Shown in pieces: positions 27,866 through 36,323 of a DNA stretch of 40,030 nucleotides (positions are counted from its first letter, which is position 1; each line of letters opens with the position of its first letter). This DNA comes from Anaerolineae bacterium. GTDB taxonomy: Bacteria > Chloroflexota > Anaerolineae > S140-20. The notes beneath the pieces are model-generated. The model did no database searches and had not been told where the DNA came from. It was given only the letters and a program-made list of their open reading frames with translations. A program made the position numbers and the translations under genes. The stretch is taken from contig JALUTT010000082.1 in the NCBI GenBank assembly GCA_027021705.1, positions 1 to 40,030 on the forward strand, written 5' to 3'.

Positions 27866-29206
27866 ATGACACAGGAGAAGCAGAGCACCACAACCACGTT
27901 CACCGTGGCCACCTACACCGACGAGGCCATCGCCGCCCTCTCCCGCCGATGGGGAGAGCCCGACTGGATGCGGGAACTGCGGCTGGAATCCTGGCGCGTC
28001 TTCCAGGAGACGCCCCGGCCCACCCTCCAGGACGAGCCCTGGCGGCGGACCGACATCCGGCACCTGGACCTGGCGGCCATCGCGCCCACGGAGGCCGGCG
28101 GTTCCCTGGACGACCTGCCGTCCGACTGGGCGGCGCTGATGGAGGACCCGGACGTGGGGGGAACCCTGCTCCACGTCAACGCGGTCACCGTCCACCAGGC
28201 CCTGGCCGACGAACTGGCGGCCCAAGGCGTCATCTTCGCCCCGATGGGGCAGGCGGTGCGGGAACACCCGGACCTGCTCCGGCGCACCTTTATGACCCAG
28301 GCCGTCGTGCCCGCCGATGGCTACTTCGCCGCCCTCCACGGGGCCCTGTGGCGAGGGGGCACCTTCCTCTACGTGCCCCGCAACGTGGAGGTTCCCCTGC
28401 CGCTGCGGGCCGTGACCTGGGCCACGTCCGGGCAGAGCACCTTCACCCACACGCTGGTCGTCGTGGAACCGGGCGGGCGTGTCACCTTTGTGGACGAATA
28501 CGGCTCCCAGACCGAGGAGGGGATGACGATGCACAACGGCGTCGTGGAACTGATCCTCCACGATGGGGCTCAACTGGACTACGTGAACCTCCAGGACTGG
28601 GGCCGCCACGTCTACCAGTTCACCCACGAGCGAGCGCTGGTGGGCCGGGATGCGACGCTGCACTGGGTGCTGGGGGGGATGGGGAGCAAGCTGACCAAGA
28701 GCTTCCTGGACGCCACCCTCGCCGGCCCCGGAGCCACGGCGCTGATGTCCGGCGTCTACTTCGCCGACGACCGGCAGCACCTGGACTTCGACACCCAGCA
28801 GAACCACTTGGCCCCCAACACCACGTCGGACCTGCTCTACAAGGGGGCCCTCAGGGACCAAGCCCGGACCGTCTGGCAGGGGATGATCAAGGTCTTCCCC
28901 GGCGCCCAGAAGACGGACGGCTACCAGGCCAACCGCAACCTGGTCCTGAACCGGGGAGCGCGGGCCGATTCCATCCCCGGCCTGGAGATCGAGGCCGACG
29001 ACGTGCGCTGCACCCACGGCTCAACGGCGGGGCCCATAGACCCGGAGCAGCTCTTCTACCTGATGAGCCGGGGGTTGCGCGAGATGGAGGCCAAGCAGAT
29101 CATCGTCGAGGGCTTCTTCACGCCCGTTCTAGAGCGCATCCCTCTGGAGAGTGTGCGCCGGCAGTTGGAGGAGGCGATCCGGGCCAAGTCGGTCCGCAGC
29201 CCGTAG
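27866..29206 (+). CDS. sufD: Fe-S cluster assembly protein SufD
   Basis: EPWRRTD, FAALH, SDLLYKGAL, AQKTDGYQANRNL, PGLEIEADDVRCTHG, FYLMSRG. Confidence 0.95.
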   Translation: MTQEKQSTTTTFTVATYTDEAIAALSRRWGEPDWMRELRLESWRVFQETPRPTLQDEPWRRTDIRHLDLAAIAPTEAGGSLDDLPSDWAALMEDPDVGGTLLHVNAVTVHQALADELAAQGVIFAPMGQAVREHPDLLRRTFMTQAVVPADGYFAALHGALWRGGTFLYVPRNVEVPLPLRAVTWATSGQSTFTHTLVVVEPGGRVTFVDEYGSQTEEGMTMHNGVVELILHDGAQLDYVNLQDWGRHVYQFTHERALVGRDATLHWVLGGMGSKLTKSFLDATLAGPGATALMSGVYFADDRQHLDFDTQQNHLAPNTTSDLLYKGALRDQARTVWQGMIKVFPGAQKTDGYQANRNLVLNRGARADSIPGLEIEADDVRCTHGSTAGPIDPEQLFYLMSRGLREMEAKQIIVEGFFTPVLERIPLESVRRQLEEAIRAKSVRSP

Positions 29207-29496
29207 TCCTCAGTCCGCCGCCGTCCCGCTTGGTCGGGTGGTCGTCTGGTCGGGTGGTCGAGTGGTCAGGCAATTGAATGGTCGGCGGTCCGCCGTCGGT
29301 GGTCGGCGGTCGGGGTCAGGCAGTCCTCAGTCCGCCGCTAGGCCGCTTGGTCAGGTGGTCAAGTGGTCACGTGGTCAAATTGGTCGAGTGGTCCTCGGTC
29401 CTCAGTCCTCAGTCCGCCGCTTGGTCCGGTGGTCGGCGGTCCGCCGTCGGCGGTCCGCCGTCGGCAGTCTGCGGTCAGTCATCAGCGGTCGGCTGG
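29205..29496. repeat. Mosaic heptamer/octamer tract (CAGTCCT, GGTCGGC/GGTCCGC, GGTCNAGT)
   Basis: About 290 bp of GTC-anchored 7- and 8-nt units; block CAGTCCTCAGTCCGCCG occurs three times (first copy TAGT). Confidence 0.85.
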
Positions 29497-29511
29497 TTCC
29501 GCAGTAAAACC

Positions 29512-29540
29512 AAGTCCGTCCCTTTCGGGACGGACTTTTT
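29512..29540. terminator. Bidirectional terminator between the suf operon and tRNA
   Basis: AAGTCCGTCCC-TTTC-GGGACGGACTT then TTT; GAAA tetraloop and GGTTTT tail on the minus strand. Confidence 0.8.
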
Positions 29541-29553
29541 GCGTTCCCGCAGG

Positions 29554-29626
29554 CGCCCCAGGCAGGACTCGAACCTGCAACCCGCAGATTAGAAGTCTGC
29601 CGCTCTGTCCGTTGAGCTACTGGGGC
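29554..29626 (-). tRNA. tRNA-Arg (anticodon UCU); CCA not encoded
   Basis: GCCCCAG/CTGGGGC acceptor stem, TAGCTCAACGGACAGAGC D-arm, GCAGA-CTTCTAA-TCTGC anticodon arm, GGTTCGAGTCC T-loop; followed by CCT. Confidence 0.96.
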
Positions 29627-29636
29627 TCTGCAACGT

Positions 29637-29665
29637 ATTCTAGCCTACCAGGCGTCAACTGTCAA
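29637..29665 (-). promoter_or_regulatory. sigma70 promoter of tRNA-Arg
   Basis: TTGACA (29665-29660), 17 bp, TAGAAT (29642-29637). Confidence 0.85.
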
Positions 29666-29672
29666 GGGGTGC

Positions 29673-29912
29673 GGTGATTACCCACAAGGGAGCGAGAGAG
29701 TGGTCCGTAGCGGGCCGTCCACGAATTTCTCACAAATGCACGAATGAGGCGGTCCTTCATTCGTGTATTCGTGCCCCATTCGTGGACGGCTAGTGGTTTG
29801 TCAACCGATATTTTGTGGGCGCGAAACAGCCTTATAGGAAGGTGCTCACACCCACAAATTCAGGGTTGACGGCCCACTAGTCTCCCTATCTCCAAAGATA
29901 TGGGTAACCACC
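29673..29912. mobile_element. MITE copy 2 (inverted relative to copy 1) carrying an 87-bp nested insertion
   Basis: TIRs GGTGATTACCCA / TGGGTAACCACC; direct repeat GTCAAGGGGT at 29661-29670 and 29914-29923. Confidence 0.88.
29794..29876. mobile_element. Nested mini-MITE inserted at CTAG (TA/CTAG target, IS630-like by inference)
   Basis: CTAG at 29790-29793 and 29877-29880; ends TGGTTTGTCAACC / GGTTGACGGCCCA; copy 1 has a single CTAG at this site. Confidence 0.82.
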
Positions 29913-29929
29913 GGTCAAGGGGTCACCGT

Positions 29930-30041
29930 CCCTCGCCCCTTGCTCCTTGCTCCGTTCCCCCTGCCCCCTGCCTCTCAGTCCTCGGTCCGCCGCTAAGCTG
30001 CTACGCCGCCGAGCCGCTAGTCGCTAGGCCGCTACTGCCGC
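29930..30041. repeat. Degenerate heptamer/octamer tract
   Basis: cccttgc tccttgc tccgttc cccctgc cccctgc, then gccgctaa gctgctac gccgccga gccgcta gtcgctag gccgctac. Confidence 0.7.
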
Positions 30042-30070
30042 TTGCCCCTTCGGCAGCTCAGAGGTATACT
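30042..30070 (+). promoter_or_regulatory. Probable sigma70 promoter of the sensor operon
   Basis: TTGCCC, 17 bp, TATACT, 42 bp before ATG 30113. Confidence 0.6.
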
Positions 30071-30112
30071 CAAGGGGGAACCGGACGTACCGATGACACG
30101 GAGAGGACCGAG

Positions 30113-31042
30113 ATGCGAACCCGATGGTGGAAACTGTCCATCTTCCTGCTGTTGGCGCTGGCGATGGTCTCGCTCGGTGGCTGCGCCACAGCCTATTCAG
30201 AACCCCTGCCCACGGTGCGCCTGAACGACCTGAGCCCGCTCCCCACGGTGAGCCCGCAGGTCACCCCCCTGCGGGTGGCCGTCGCCGCCATCGTCTCTCC
30301 CCAGGGGACGGTGGCCTCCTACCAGCCGCTGCTGGACTACTTGAGCCGGCGGCTGAACCGCCCCGTGGAGTTGGTCCAGCGGCGCACCTACGCCGAGGTC
30401 AACGACCTAATCCGCCACAATGAGGTAGACGTGGCCTTCATCTGCACCCGGGCCTACGTCCAGGGCCGGCGGGAGTTCGGCCTGGAGCTGCTGGCCATCC
30501 CCCAGGTGCAGGGGAAGACCGTCTACCACTCGCAGATCATCGTACGGGCCGACCTGCCCGCCCAACGTTTCGAGGATCTACGGGGCCTTGTCTTCGCCTT
30601 CACCGATCCCCTCTCCAACACCGGCTATCTCTACCCCAACGTCCTGCTCAAGCGGCTGGGGGAATCGCCCGACACCTTCTTCCGACGCACCTTCTTCACC
30701 TACAGCCACGACAACGCCATCTACGCCGTCGCCGAAGGGGTGGCTGATGCAGCGGGGGTGGACAGCCTGGTGCTGGACTACGCGATGGCCCGCGATCCAT
30801 CCCTGCGGGATCGCGTGCGCATCATCCACACCTCTCCCCCCTTCGGGATGCCGCCGGTGGTGGTGGGGCCGGACGTCCGGCCCCAGACCAAGGCATTGCT
30901 CGAAGAGATCCTCCTGGAGATGGCCGACACCCCCCAGGGCCAGCAGGCCCTAGAGGCGTTGGGGGTGGACCGCTTCGTGTTGGGACGGGACGAGGATTAC
31001 GACATGATCCGGGCGATGGAGGCGGAGCTAGATGAGCAGTAG
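30113..31042 (+). CDS. PhnD-family (AioX/ArxX/ArrX-like) substrate-binding lipoprotein
   Basis: Lipobox LGGC; VQRRTYAEV, DVAFIC, YHSQIIV, FAFTDPLSNTGYLYP, YSHDNAI, PPFGMPP. Confidence 0.85.
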   Translation: MRTRWWKLSIFLLLALAMVSLGGCATAYSEPLPTVRLNDLSPLPTVSPQVTPLRVAVAAIVSPQGTVASYQPLLDYLSRRLNRPVELVQRRTYAEVNDLIRHNEVDVAFICTRAYVQGRREFGLELLAIPQVQGKTVYHSQIIVRADLPAQRFEDLRGLVFAFTDPLSNTGYLYPNVLLKRLGESPDTFFRRTFFTYSHDNAIYAVAEGVADAAGVDSLVLDYAMARDPSLRDRVRIIHTSPPFGMPPVVVGPDVRPQTKALLEEILLEMADTPQGQQALEALGVDRFVLGRDEDYDMIRAMEAELDEQ

Positions 31043-31202
31043 GGCGGGTTTCTTACCTGCCCACCCAGGTTCCAAGCTGGGCGGCTGAGGAAGGCCGCCC
31101 CACATCCCTTCACATCCCCTTCACACCCTGTGGAGGGCAGGCTTCTTACCCACCCACGCAGGTTCCTGGGCGAGATTAGGCGGCTGAGAAAAGCCGCCCC
31201 GT
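31039..31202. repeat. Two copies of a GTAG-type REP-like doublet
   Basis: GTAGGGCGGGTTTCTTACCTGCCC...GGCGGCTGAGGAAGGCCGCCCCAC (31039-31103) and GGAGGGCAGGCTTCTTACCCACCC...GGCGGCTGAGAAAAGCCGCCCC (31132-31200), separated by a short CATCCCTTCA duplication. Confidence 0.75.
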
Positions 31203-31223
31203 GTCCTAGGTGAGGTCCTGCCG

Positions 31224-32681
31224 ATGGCTCCGAAATCCTGGGAACACTGGCGCCACCGCCTCTGGCACATGCTTGGGGGCGTCAGCGTCCGCACCAAAAT
31301 CCTGGGCATCGTCCTGGCGGTGATCCTCCTGCCGGGCCTCCTGGTCACCTATCAGGTGCGCTCGGCGCTGGTCCGCACCATGCGGGAGCAACTTCAGCAG
31401 CAGAGCCTCTCGGTGGCCCGGGACGTCGCCGCCCGGAGCACCGACCTGGTGCTCATCAACGACCTCTACGCCCTGAGCCGCCTTCTCCAGGACACCCAGA
31501 AGTACGACCCGGATGTCCGCTACCTCTTCATCCTGGACACCGAAGGGCACGTGCTGGCCCACACCTTCGAGGGCGGATTCCCCCTCGACCTGCTGGAGGT
31601 CAACACCCTGCCGCCGGGCAGCTCCCACCACCTCCAGCCCCTGCTCACCGAGGAAGGGGTGGTCTGGGATACCGCCGTGCCCATCTTCGAGGGGCGGGCC
31701 GGCGTGGCCCGGGTGGGCCTCGGCGAGCAGCGGATGTGGCAGGTCGTCAACGCCATCACCGGACAGATGGTGCTCAGCATGCTCCTCATCTCCATCGTGG
31801 GCATCGGGGCCGCCTTCACCCTGACCTGGCTGCTCACCCGGCCCATCTTGGAGCTGGTGGCGGCCACCGAGCGGGTCGGGCGGGGCGACTACTCCCCCCG
31901 AGTCTCCCGCTGGGCGGACGACGAGATCGGGGCCCTGGCCGAAGCCTTCAACCGGATGGTCGCCCAGTTGGCCCAGGCCGAGGCGGAGCGGGCCGAGCGG
32001 GAGCGGCTGCGCCAGTTCTACCTGAAGCGGGTCATCCACGCCCAGGAGGAGGAGCGGCAGCGCATCGCCCGGGAGCTGCACGACGAGACGGGGCAGGCCC
32101 TGGCCTCCCTGATGGTGGGGCTGCGCAACGTGGAAGAGGCCCCCACCCCCGAAGAGATGCGCCGGCGTCTCCAAGACCTGCGCCAGGTGCTGGCCGGCAC
32201 CTTGGAACGGGTCCGCCGCCTGGCCTTCGACCTGCGCCCCTCCGTCCTGGACGACCTGGGGCTGGTGGCCGCGCTGCACCGCTACGCCCAGCAGTACCGG
32301 GAGCGGTTCGGCATCACCGCCGAGGTCCAGGCTGTCGGCCTCGACGGTCAGCGGTTGTCGCCGGAGGTGGAGACGAGCATCTACCGCATCGTCCAAGAAG
32401 CGATGACCAACGCCGCCAAGTACGCCGCCTGCTCCCGCATCAGCGTCCTCCTCCAACTCCGAGAGCGACAGCTCTCGGTCATCGTCGAGGACGACGGCTG
32501 CGGCTTCGACGTGGATCAGGTCTTCAGCGAGGAAGCGGGGCAGAGCAAGCTGGGCCTGTACGGCATGCAGGAGCGGGCCGAACTGATCGGCGGCCGGCTG
32601 GACATCGAATCCCGTCCGGGCGGAGGCACGGCCATCTACCTGCGCGTGCCCCTCGAGGCGGGAGAGTGCGTGGAGGGATGA
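31224..32681 (+). CDS. Membrane sensor histidine kinase (2 TM, Cache-like, HAMP, HisKA_3)
   Basis: DEIGALAEAFNRM; EERQRIARELHDETGQ; QEAMTNAAKY; DDGCGFD; GLYGMQER. Confidence 0.93.
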   Translation: MAPKSWEHWRHRLWHMLGGVSVRTKILGIVLAVILLPGLLVTYQVRSALVRTMREQLQQQSLSVARDVAARSTDLVLINDLYALSRLLQDTQKYDPDVRYLFILDTEGHVLAHTFEGGFPLDLLEVNTLPPGSSHHLQPLLTEEGVVWDTAVPIFEGRAGVARVGLGEQRMWQVVNAITGQMVLSMLLISIVGIGAAFTLTWLLTRPILELVAATERVGRGDYSPRVSRWADDEIGALAEAFNRMVAQLAQAEAERAERERLRQFYLKRVIHAQEEERQRIARELHDETGQALASLMVGLRNVEEAPTPEEMRRRLQDLRQVLAGTLERVRRLAFDLRPSVLDDLGLVAALHRYAQQYRERFGITAEVQAVGLDGQRLSPEVETSIYRIVQEAMTNAAKYAACSRISVLLQLRERQLSVIVEDDGCGFDVDQVFSEEAGQSKLGLYGMQERAELIGGRLDIESRPGGGTAIYLRVPLEAGECVEG

Positions 32682-32684
32682 GCG

Positions 32685-33347
32685 ATGGGAGAGATGAGGC
32701 CCATTCGGGTCCTGTTGGCCGATGACCACGCGGTGCTGCGGGCCGGATTGCGCCTGCTCATCAACGCCCAGCCCGATATGGAGACGGTGGGGGAGGCTCA
32801 GGACGGCCTGGAGACGCTGGCCCAAGCGGAAGCGCTCCAACCCGACGTGATCCTCCTGGACCTGAGCATGCCCCGGCTGGGTGGGCTCACCATCCTGCGC
32901 CAGTTGCACGACTGCGCCCCTGAGGCCCAGGTGCTTGTCCTGACCATGCACGCTGACGAGGCCTATCTGCGTGAGGCGCTGCGCCAGGGCGCAGCCGGCT
33001 ATGTGGTCAAGGCCGCCGCCGACCAGGAACTCCTCTCCGCCATCCGTGCCGTCGCCCGGGGCGAGATCTACGTCCATCCCTCGATGACGCGGGCGCTGCT
33101 GGAAAGCCTGCTGCCCCGCAGCGAGCCGGAGCAGCGGGACCCCTGGGAGGAGCTGAGCGAGCGCGAGCAGCAGGTGATCCACCGGGTGGCGATGGGGTAC
33201 ACCAACCGGGAGATCGCCGGACAGTTGCACCTGAGCGTCAAGACGGTGGAGACCTATCGGGCGCGGGCGATGGAGAAGCTGGGCCTGCGCAGCCGTGCCC
33301 AGTTGGTGGAGTATGCTTTGCGCCGGGGGCTGTTGAGCAGCGAGTGA
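32685..33347 (+). CDS. NarL/LuxR-family response regulator
   Basis: LADDH, LDLSMP, LTMH; HTH LSERE...GYTNREIAGQLHLSVKTVETYRARAMEKL. Confidence 0.95.
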   Translation: MGEMRPIRVLLADDHAVLRAGLRLLINAQPDMETVGEAQDGLETLAQAEALQPDVILLDLSMPRLGGLTILRQLHDCAPEAQVLVLTMHADEAYLREALRQGAAGYVVKAAADQELLSAIRAVARGEIYVHPSMTRALLESLLPRSEPEQRDPWEELSEREQQVIHRVAMGYTNREIAGQLHLSVKTVETYRARAMEKLGLRSRAQLVEYALRRGLLSSE

Positions 33348-33357
33348 GCCTCCTTCT

Positions 33358-33514
33358 TGTCAGGGTTTCCCCGACAGCGAGTCCGGTAAATCCCCGGCAC
33401 CCCCACCCCCCGCAGTCAAACGTTCCCCGACAGCCCCTTCGGAAATCCCTGACCTCTCCGGTTCAGGAAGTCAAACTTTCCCCGCTACACGGCGTCCCCT
33501 CTCTCTGCTAAGAT
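33358..33514 (+). promoter_or_regulatory. Five phased regulator boxes and an extended -10 for the rhodanese-reductase operon
   Basis: TCCCCGAC-like half-sites at 33368, 33391, 33424, 33446, 33479; first is within near-palindrome TGTCAGGG-TTT-CCCCGACA; TGC-TAAGAT at 33506-33514; no consensus -35. Confidence 0.7.
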
Positions 33515-33586
33515 AATCGTGAGCGACCATCCAGGTCACTTCTCTCCTTCCACCCTAGATCTCTATCCGGCTCCCAGAGCAGAAAG

Positions 33587-34261
33587 ATGGCCCGGCGACG
33601 ATCCTATCTGATCCTGCCCTTCCTCCTCGCCCTGATGGTGGGGGGATGTCAGAGCATCGCCAACTCGACGGGATCGGCCTCTCCCACCCCTTCCAACTCC
33701 CCGGACTATCGGGTGCTGGTCGAGCAGGCCCAGGCGGCCTTTCAGGCTGCCGATTACGCCCAGGCCCTGGACCTGGCCCGCCAGGCCGTGGCCGCCAACC
33801 CCGAGGACAACACCGCCTGGGAGCTCTACCGCCAGGCCAGCATCGCCCAGGCCGCCGATGACTACCTGAGCAGGCTGCCCGACCATCGCTACCGCCTCCC
33901 CGTGGAGCGCTTCGTCCGGGATCAGGTGAACCACACCAAGGACTGGTTTATCGTAGACGTGCGGGAGCCGGAGGAGTACGCCGCCGGCCACATCGAAGGC
34001 GCGGTGAACATCCCGCTGCGCGAGCTGATGCGCCATCTGGATGAACTGCCCGACAGCCGGACGGCTCCCATCCTGGTCTACTGCCATTCTCAGAAACGGG
34101 CCACCCACGCCCTGGTGATCTTGCACGAGCTGGGCTACCTCAAGGCGTACAACCTCCAGGGGGGCTACGCGGCCTACCAGGACTGGCTGCAACACCACCC
34201 GCTCCCCACCCCCGGCCCGACGCCCACGCCGGCACCCGAGGAGCCGGACTTCGGCTGCTGA
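33587..34261 (+). CDS. Rhodanese-domain lipoprotein with TPR-like helices and C-terminal Gly-Cys tail
   Basis: Lipobox [25 protein letters not shown]; active loop [13 protein letters not shown]; ends [18 protein letters not shown]. Confidence 0.9.
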   Translation: MARRRSYLILPFLLALMVGGCQSIANSTGSASPTPSNSPDYRVLVEQAQAAFQAADYAQALDLARQAVAANPEDNTAWELYRQASIAQAADDYLSRLPDHRYRLPVERFVRDQVNHTKDWFIVDVREPEEYAAGHIEGAVNIPLRELMRHLDELPDSRTAPILVYCHSQKRATHALVILHELGYLKAYNLQGGYAAYQDWLQHHPLPTPGPTPTPAPEEPDFGC

Positions 34262-34341
34262 GAAGGCGCTCCGATCGTTGCCCCGGTGGGAGGCCACCGA
34301 TTCGCGGGGGCCCCCACCCCAGTGCACATAAGGAGGTTCCT

Positions 34342-35061
34342 ATGCCCATCGTACAAGAGATGGAGAACGCCATCGTCCGTATGATGGAGGACCTGCAGCG
34401 GGCGCTGCAGAAACCGCCATCAGAACGCCGCTGGGGGATGGTCATTGATCTGACCAAGTGCGTGGCTTGCGATGCCTGCACCGTCTCCTGCAAGGCCGAG
34501 AACAAGACCCCCCCCGGCGTCAACTACAACGTCGTGCTCAAGGAAGAGGTCGGCACCTATCCCAACGTGCGGGAGGTCTTCCTGCCCCGCCCCTGTATGC
34601 AATGCGACAACCCGCCCTGCGTGGACGTCTGTCCGGTCGGCGCCACCTGGAAGAACGAAGAAGGCGTTGTGGTCATTGACTACGACGTCTGCATCGGCTG
34701 TCGCTACTGCATCACCGCCTGTCCCTACGGAGCCCGCACCTTCGACTTCGGCGAGTGGTACACCGAGGGGACACCGGTGCTGGCCGTCTACGAGACGGCT
34801 CCCACCTTCGAGTACAGCGAGGAGCGGGTGCGCCAGGAGGGGGCATCGCCGGTGGGCAACGTGCGCAAGTGCCACTTCTGCCTGCACCGCGTGCACGAAG
34901 GGCTCCTGCCGGCCTGCATCAACGACTGCATCGGTCGGGCCCGCTACTTTGGCGACCTGAACGACCCGGACAGCTTGGTCTCCGAACTGCTGCGGGAGCG
35001 ATATGCCTTCCGCCTGAAGGAAGAGCTGGGCACTCAGCCCAAGGTCTTCTACCTGTCGTGA
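34342..35061 (+). CDS. Four-cluster [4Fe-4S] electron-transfer subunit (TtrB/SrdB/NrfC-like)
   Basis: [41 protein letters not shown]...PACINDC; RBS AAGGAGG. Confidence 0.93.
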   Translation: MPIVQEMENAIVRMMEDLQRALQKPPSERRWGMVIDLTKCVACDACTVSCKAENKTPPGVNYNVVLKEEVGTYPNVREVFLPRPCMQCDNPPCVDVCPVGATWKNEEGVVVIDYDVCIGCRYCITACPYGARTFDFGEWYTEGTPVLAVYETAPTFEYSEERVRQEGASPVGNVRKCHFCLHRVHEGLLPACINDCIGRARYFGDLNDPDSLVSELLRERYAFRLKEELGTQPKVFYLS

Positions 35062-35071
35062 GGAGGCAGCC

Positions 35072-36322
35072 ATGAGCAACAACAATAAAGGTCTGAAGCT
35101 CGCCTACGGCGTCGTCGTGCTGATCATGCTGATCATCGGTGCGGTGGGCCTCTACTGGCGTCTCACCACCGGCCACCGCATGGCCGGCTACGGTCAGTTG
35201 ATTGTCTGGGGGCTGTGGGTGGCGATGTACATCTACTTTATCGGCCTCTCCGCTGGGGCCTTCCTCATCTCCGCCCTGGTCTACGCCTTCGGCGTTGAGC
35301 GCTTCCGCCCCATCGCCCGGCTGGCCCTCTTCACCGCCCTCGTCTCCCTGCTGGTCGCCCTGCTTCACATCTGGTTCGACCTGGGCCACATGGGCCGCTT
35401 CTACGAGGTCTACACCCGCCCCAACTTCCTCTCGATGATGGCCTGGATGGTCTGGCTTTACACAGCCTACTTCCTCCTCCTGGTGGCCGAGCTCTGGTTC
35501 GACGCCCGCCAGGATTTGGTGCGCTGGGCCGAGAAGCCGGGGTGGGCCGGCCGACTCAGCCGTCTGCTGAGCTTGGGCAGCAAGGACCTCTCGGAGGCGG
35601 GCCGGGCCCGTGACGAGAAGGTGACGAGAGTCCTGGGCGTCATCGGCGTCCCCCTGGCCGTGATGTTCCACGGCGGTGTCGGAGCCCTCTTCGGCGTCGT
35701 CTCCGCCCGCCCGGCCTGGCACAGCGGTCTCTTCCCCCTCATCTTCCTGGTGGCCGCCCTGGCCTCCGGCGGCGGCCTGCTGATGGCCGTCTACGCCTTC
35801 CTGGCTCCAGACCGGGGCACACCGGAGCACCGCCGTCTGGTGGAGGACCTGGGCAAGCTGGTGCTGGGCCTGGTGCTGTTGGACGCCCTCTTCACCTTCG
35901 CCGAGTACTCCATCGCCCTCTACGGTTCCATCCCCGGCGACGTGGCCCCGCTGCTGGCCGCGATGACCGGTCCTTTCTGGTACGTCTTCTGGATCGGCCA
36001 GATCGGCCTGGGGCTGGTCGTGCCGGTGATCTTGCTGAGCTGGAAGCGCACCCGCCAATCCCCCGGATGGGCGGGCGTGGCCGGCCTCGCCGTCGTGCTG
36101 GCCTTCGTCGGCGTGCGGCTGAACATCGTCATCCCGCCCCTCTCGGTGCCGGAGATCAAAGGACTGGTCGAGGCGGTGCCCTCTCCTCGGATGACCACCC
36201 TCTACGTCCCCACCGCGATGGAGTGGTTCCTCAGCATCGGCATCATCGGCCTGGGCATCGCCCTGTTCGCCCTCGGATACAACCTGCTGCCGCTCAAGCC
36301 CCAAGTGGCGAAGGAGGCGTGA
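35072..36322 (+). CDS. NrfD/PsrC-family membrane anchor (TtrC/SrdC-like)
   Basis: WGLWVAMYIYFIGLSAG, DLGHMGRF, SMMAW, RPAWHS, RLNIVIP. Confidence 0.92.
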   Translation: MSNNNKGLKLAYGVVVLIMLIIGAVGLYWRLTTGHRMAGYGQLIVWGLWVAMYIYFIGLSAGAFLISALVYAFGVERFRPIARLALFTALVSLLVALLHIWFDLGHMGRFYEVYTRPNFLSMMAWMVWLYTAYFLLLVAELWFDARQDLVRWAEKPGWAGRLSRLLSLGSKDLSEAGRARDEKVTRVLGVIGVPLAVMFHGGVGALFGVVSARPAWHSGLFPLIFLVAALASGGGLLMAVYAFLAPDRGTPEHRRLVEDLGKLVLGLVLLDALFTFAEYSIALYGSIPGDVAPLLAAMTGPFWYVFWIGQIGLGLVVPVILLSWKRTRQSPGWAGVAGLAVVLAFVGVRLNIVIPPLSVPEIKGLVEAVPSPRMTTLYVPTAMEWFLSIGIIGLGIALFALGYNLLPLKPQVAKEA

Positions 36323-36323
36323 A

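Noticed and set aside
29900..30112. N-terminal extension of the binding protein
   Set aside because: Consists of MITE end, repeats and promoter; signal peptide and RBS point to ATG 30113.
30113..31042. Phosphonate ABC transporter (phnCDE)
   Set aside because: No ATPase or permease nearby; context indicates a sensory role.
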